This document shows, piece by piece, positions 62,580 to 64,000 of a stretch of DNA of 64,000 bases. This DNA is from Centroscyllium fabricii (taxonomy: Eukaryota), in assembly GCA_051313645.2 (NCBI GenBank), contig JBNRSN020000010.1:117676001-117740000 (forward strand). Direction: 5' to 3'. The notes below the pieces were generated by a model that did not search any database, had not been told where the DNA came from, and saw only the letters and a list, made by a program, of their open reading frames with translations. How positions within the stretch are numbered: the first letter of the stretch is position 1; each line of letters starts with the position of its first letter. Made by a program: the position numbers and the translations under genes.

Positions 62580-62850
62580 CCAACTTCTTTACCCAGAGAG
62601 CGGTTAGAATGTGGAACTTGATGCCACGAGGAGTAGTTGAGGCCAATAGCATAGATGCATTTAAGGGGAAGCTAGATAAACACATGAGGCAGAAAGGAGT
62701 AGAAGGTTATTTCTGATATGGTTACATAGAAACATAGAAACATGGTTAGATGAAGAGGGATGGGAGGAGGCTCGTGTGAAGCATAAACACCGGCATAAAC
62801 CAGTTGGGCCGAATGGCCTGTTCCTGTGCTGTAAAAGCTCTGTAAATTTG
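62580..62850 (+). mobile_element. Old CR1 3' fragment
   Basis: TTCTTTACCCAGAGAGCGGTTAGAATGTGGAAC...GGGCCGAATGGCCTGTTCCTGTGCTGTA. Confidence 0.6.
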
Positions 62851-63129
62851 TCATTACATTGTTTATCTAATCTGGCCTCAGGATCCTCATCTGGCACCAG
62901 CAGCAGGATTGTATTCAGCCTGCAGAAATGGGATCAATTCCTGCTATTTCTCATGGAATATGAGCACAGTCAACTAATGCTACTTTCACCCCAGTTCTGT
63001 AATACTTGAGGCAAAGGTGTAGTTGCCAAGTATATATGCGGCACTATGCCATAAACCCATTTTTAATTTCAGGAAAGTAGCAGTTGTCCACTATTCAGCT
63101 GGAAGTATCTTCTTACAGTTCTTCACTCA

Positions 63130-63380
63130 ATTGGATCAGGGCCCTTGCCCTTCAGTGCTAATTCCTTAGTGCTTCCATTAACGGACCAGTCCTTTCTCCC
63201 CTCAGTGCTACTCTCTGACTGTTGCTGCTAATGGACTGGATCCCTTTCCCTTCAGTGCCGCATCCCAAGTGCTTCCACTAATGGACAGGACTTCCCTCCC
63301 TGAGTTATGCCCTCCGAGTGCTGTCGCTAATGAATCAGACCACTCCCCGAGTGCTGCTGCTAATGGAAAGAATCCCCACC
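63130..63380. repeat. Degenerate ~50-bp tandem repeat, about 5 units
   Basis: Recurring CCCTTCAGTGC...AGTGCTKCY.CTAATGGA. Confidence 0.55.
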
Positions 63381-63690
63381 TCTACAAACTGTAGTTGGAA
63401 CTATCATGAGAAGAGGAAAGGCAGGAATTCCTTCCAGTAGCCACAGGAAAAATGGGTTTGGTTCACTGGCACCAGCAATCATGTTGGAGCAATAGTGAGG
63501 GAAGACAGGAGGGAGAATGGATGGCAAGGAAGTGGGGTGGGAAAGAGGCAGAAGCTGGGAGTGATGCTTTTGGGGAGGAAGGACAGTGCCAGAATTAGTT
63601 GAGATGGAGTGGGGAGGGAGGGTGTCAGCATTAACTAAGGAAGGTAGGATGGAAAAGTGATAGCAACTTAGGGATTGGAGGGGTAATCCC

Positions 63691-64000
63691 TACATAGAAA
63701 CATAGAAACTAGGAGCAGGAGTAGGCCATTCGGCCCTTCGAGCCTGCTCCGCTATTCAATGAGATCATGGCTGATCATCCAAACCCAGTACCCCGGCCCC
63801 TGCCCTCTCCCCAAATCCCTATCGAGCCTGCATCGACACATATCCCACCCTATCCCCATATATTCAATCCCCCTAACACTAAGGGTCAATTTATCATGGC
63901 CAATCAACCTAACCCGCACATCTTTGGACTGTGGGAGGAAACCAGAGCACCCGGAGGAAACCCACGCAGACACGGGGAGAATGTGCAAACTCCACACAGA
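63691..64000 (-). mobile_element. HE1-like V-SINE, tail-B type, cut by the window edge
   Basis: Same core and tail as 58446-58840. Confidence 0.85.

Noticed and set aside
33500-64000. miR-203, which lies upstream of KIF26A in human
   Set aside because: I could not find GTGAAATGTTTAGGACCAC or its reverse complement by eye. A BLASTN would settle it; it may lie outside the window.

Overview
Eukaryotic, repeat-rich genomic DNA, most likely from an elasmobranch (shark or ray), judged from HE1/V-SINE-like, SacSINE1-like DeuSINE and HER1/CR1-like repeats. The only host gene I can support is the 5' end of KIF26A (kinesin-11) on the minus strand. It shows two candidate alternative first coding exons (32957-33085, 28226-28276) and a shared second exon (27467-27715), set in a TE-poor, CpG-rich block of about 14 kb. 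Positions 1-27466 appear to be intron 2, and positions above ~33.5 kb upstream sequence. The rest is nested mobile DNA: a decayed autonomous PIF/Harbinger transposon (Myb/SANT gene plus DDE transposase) with several non-autonomous relatives, one of them a 1.2-kb foldback; TA-flanked Tc1/mariner/pogo-type MITEs; CR1 and Rex1/Babar LINEs; V-SINEs with two different LINE tails; and Penelope-like elements. The most notable RNA-level signal is a set of minimal type-I hammerhead ribozyme motifs carried by Penelope-like 3' ends. One pair forms a perfect 195-bp palindrome with a 13-bp target duplication, and one copy lies 19 nt downstream of the KIF26A exon-2 splice donor in sense orientation. All family assignments come from recalled motifs read by eye; no database search was run.
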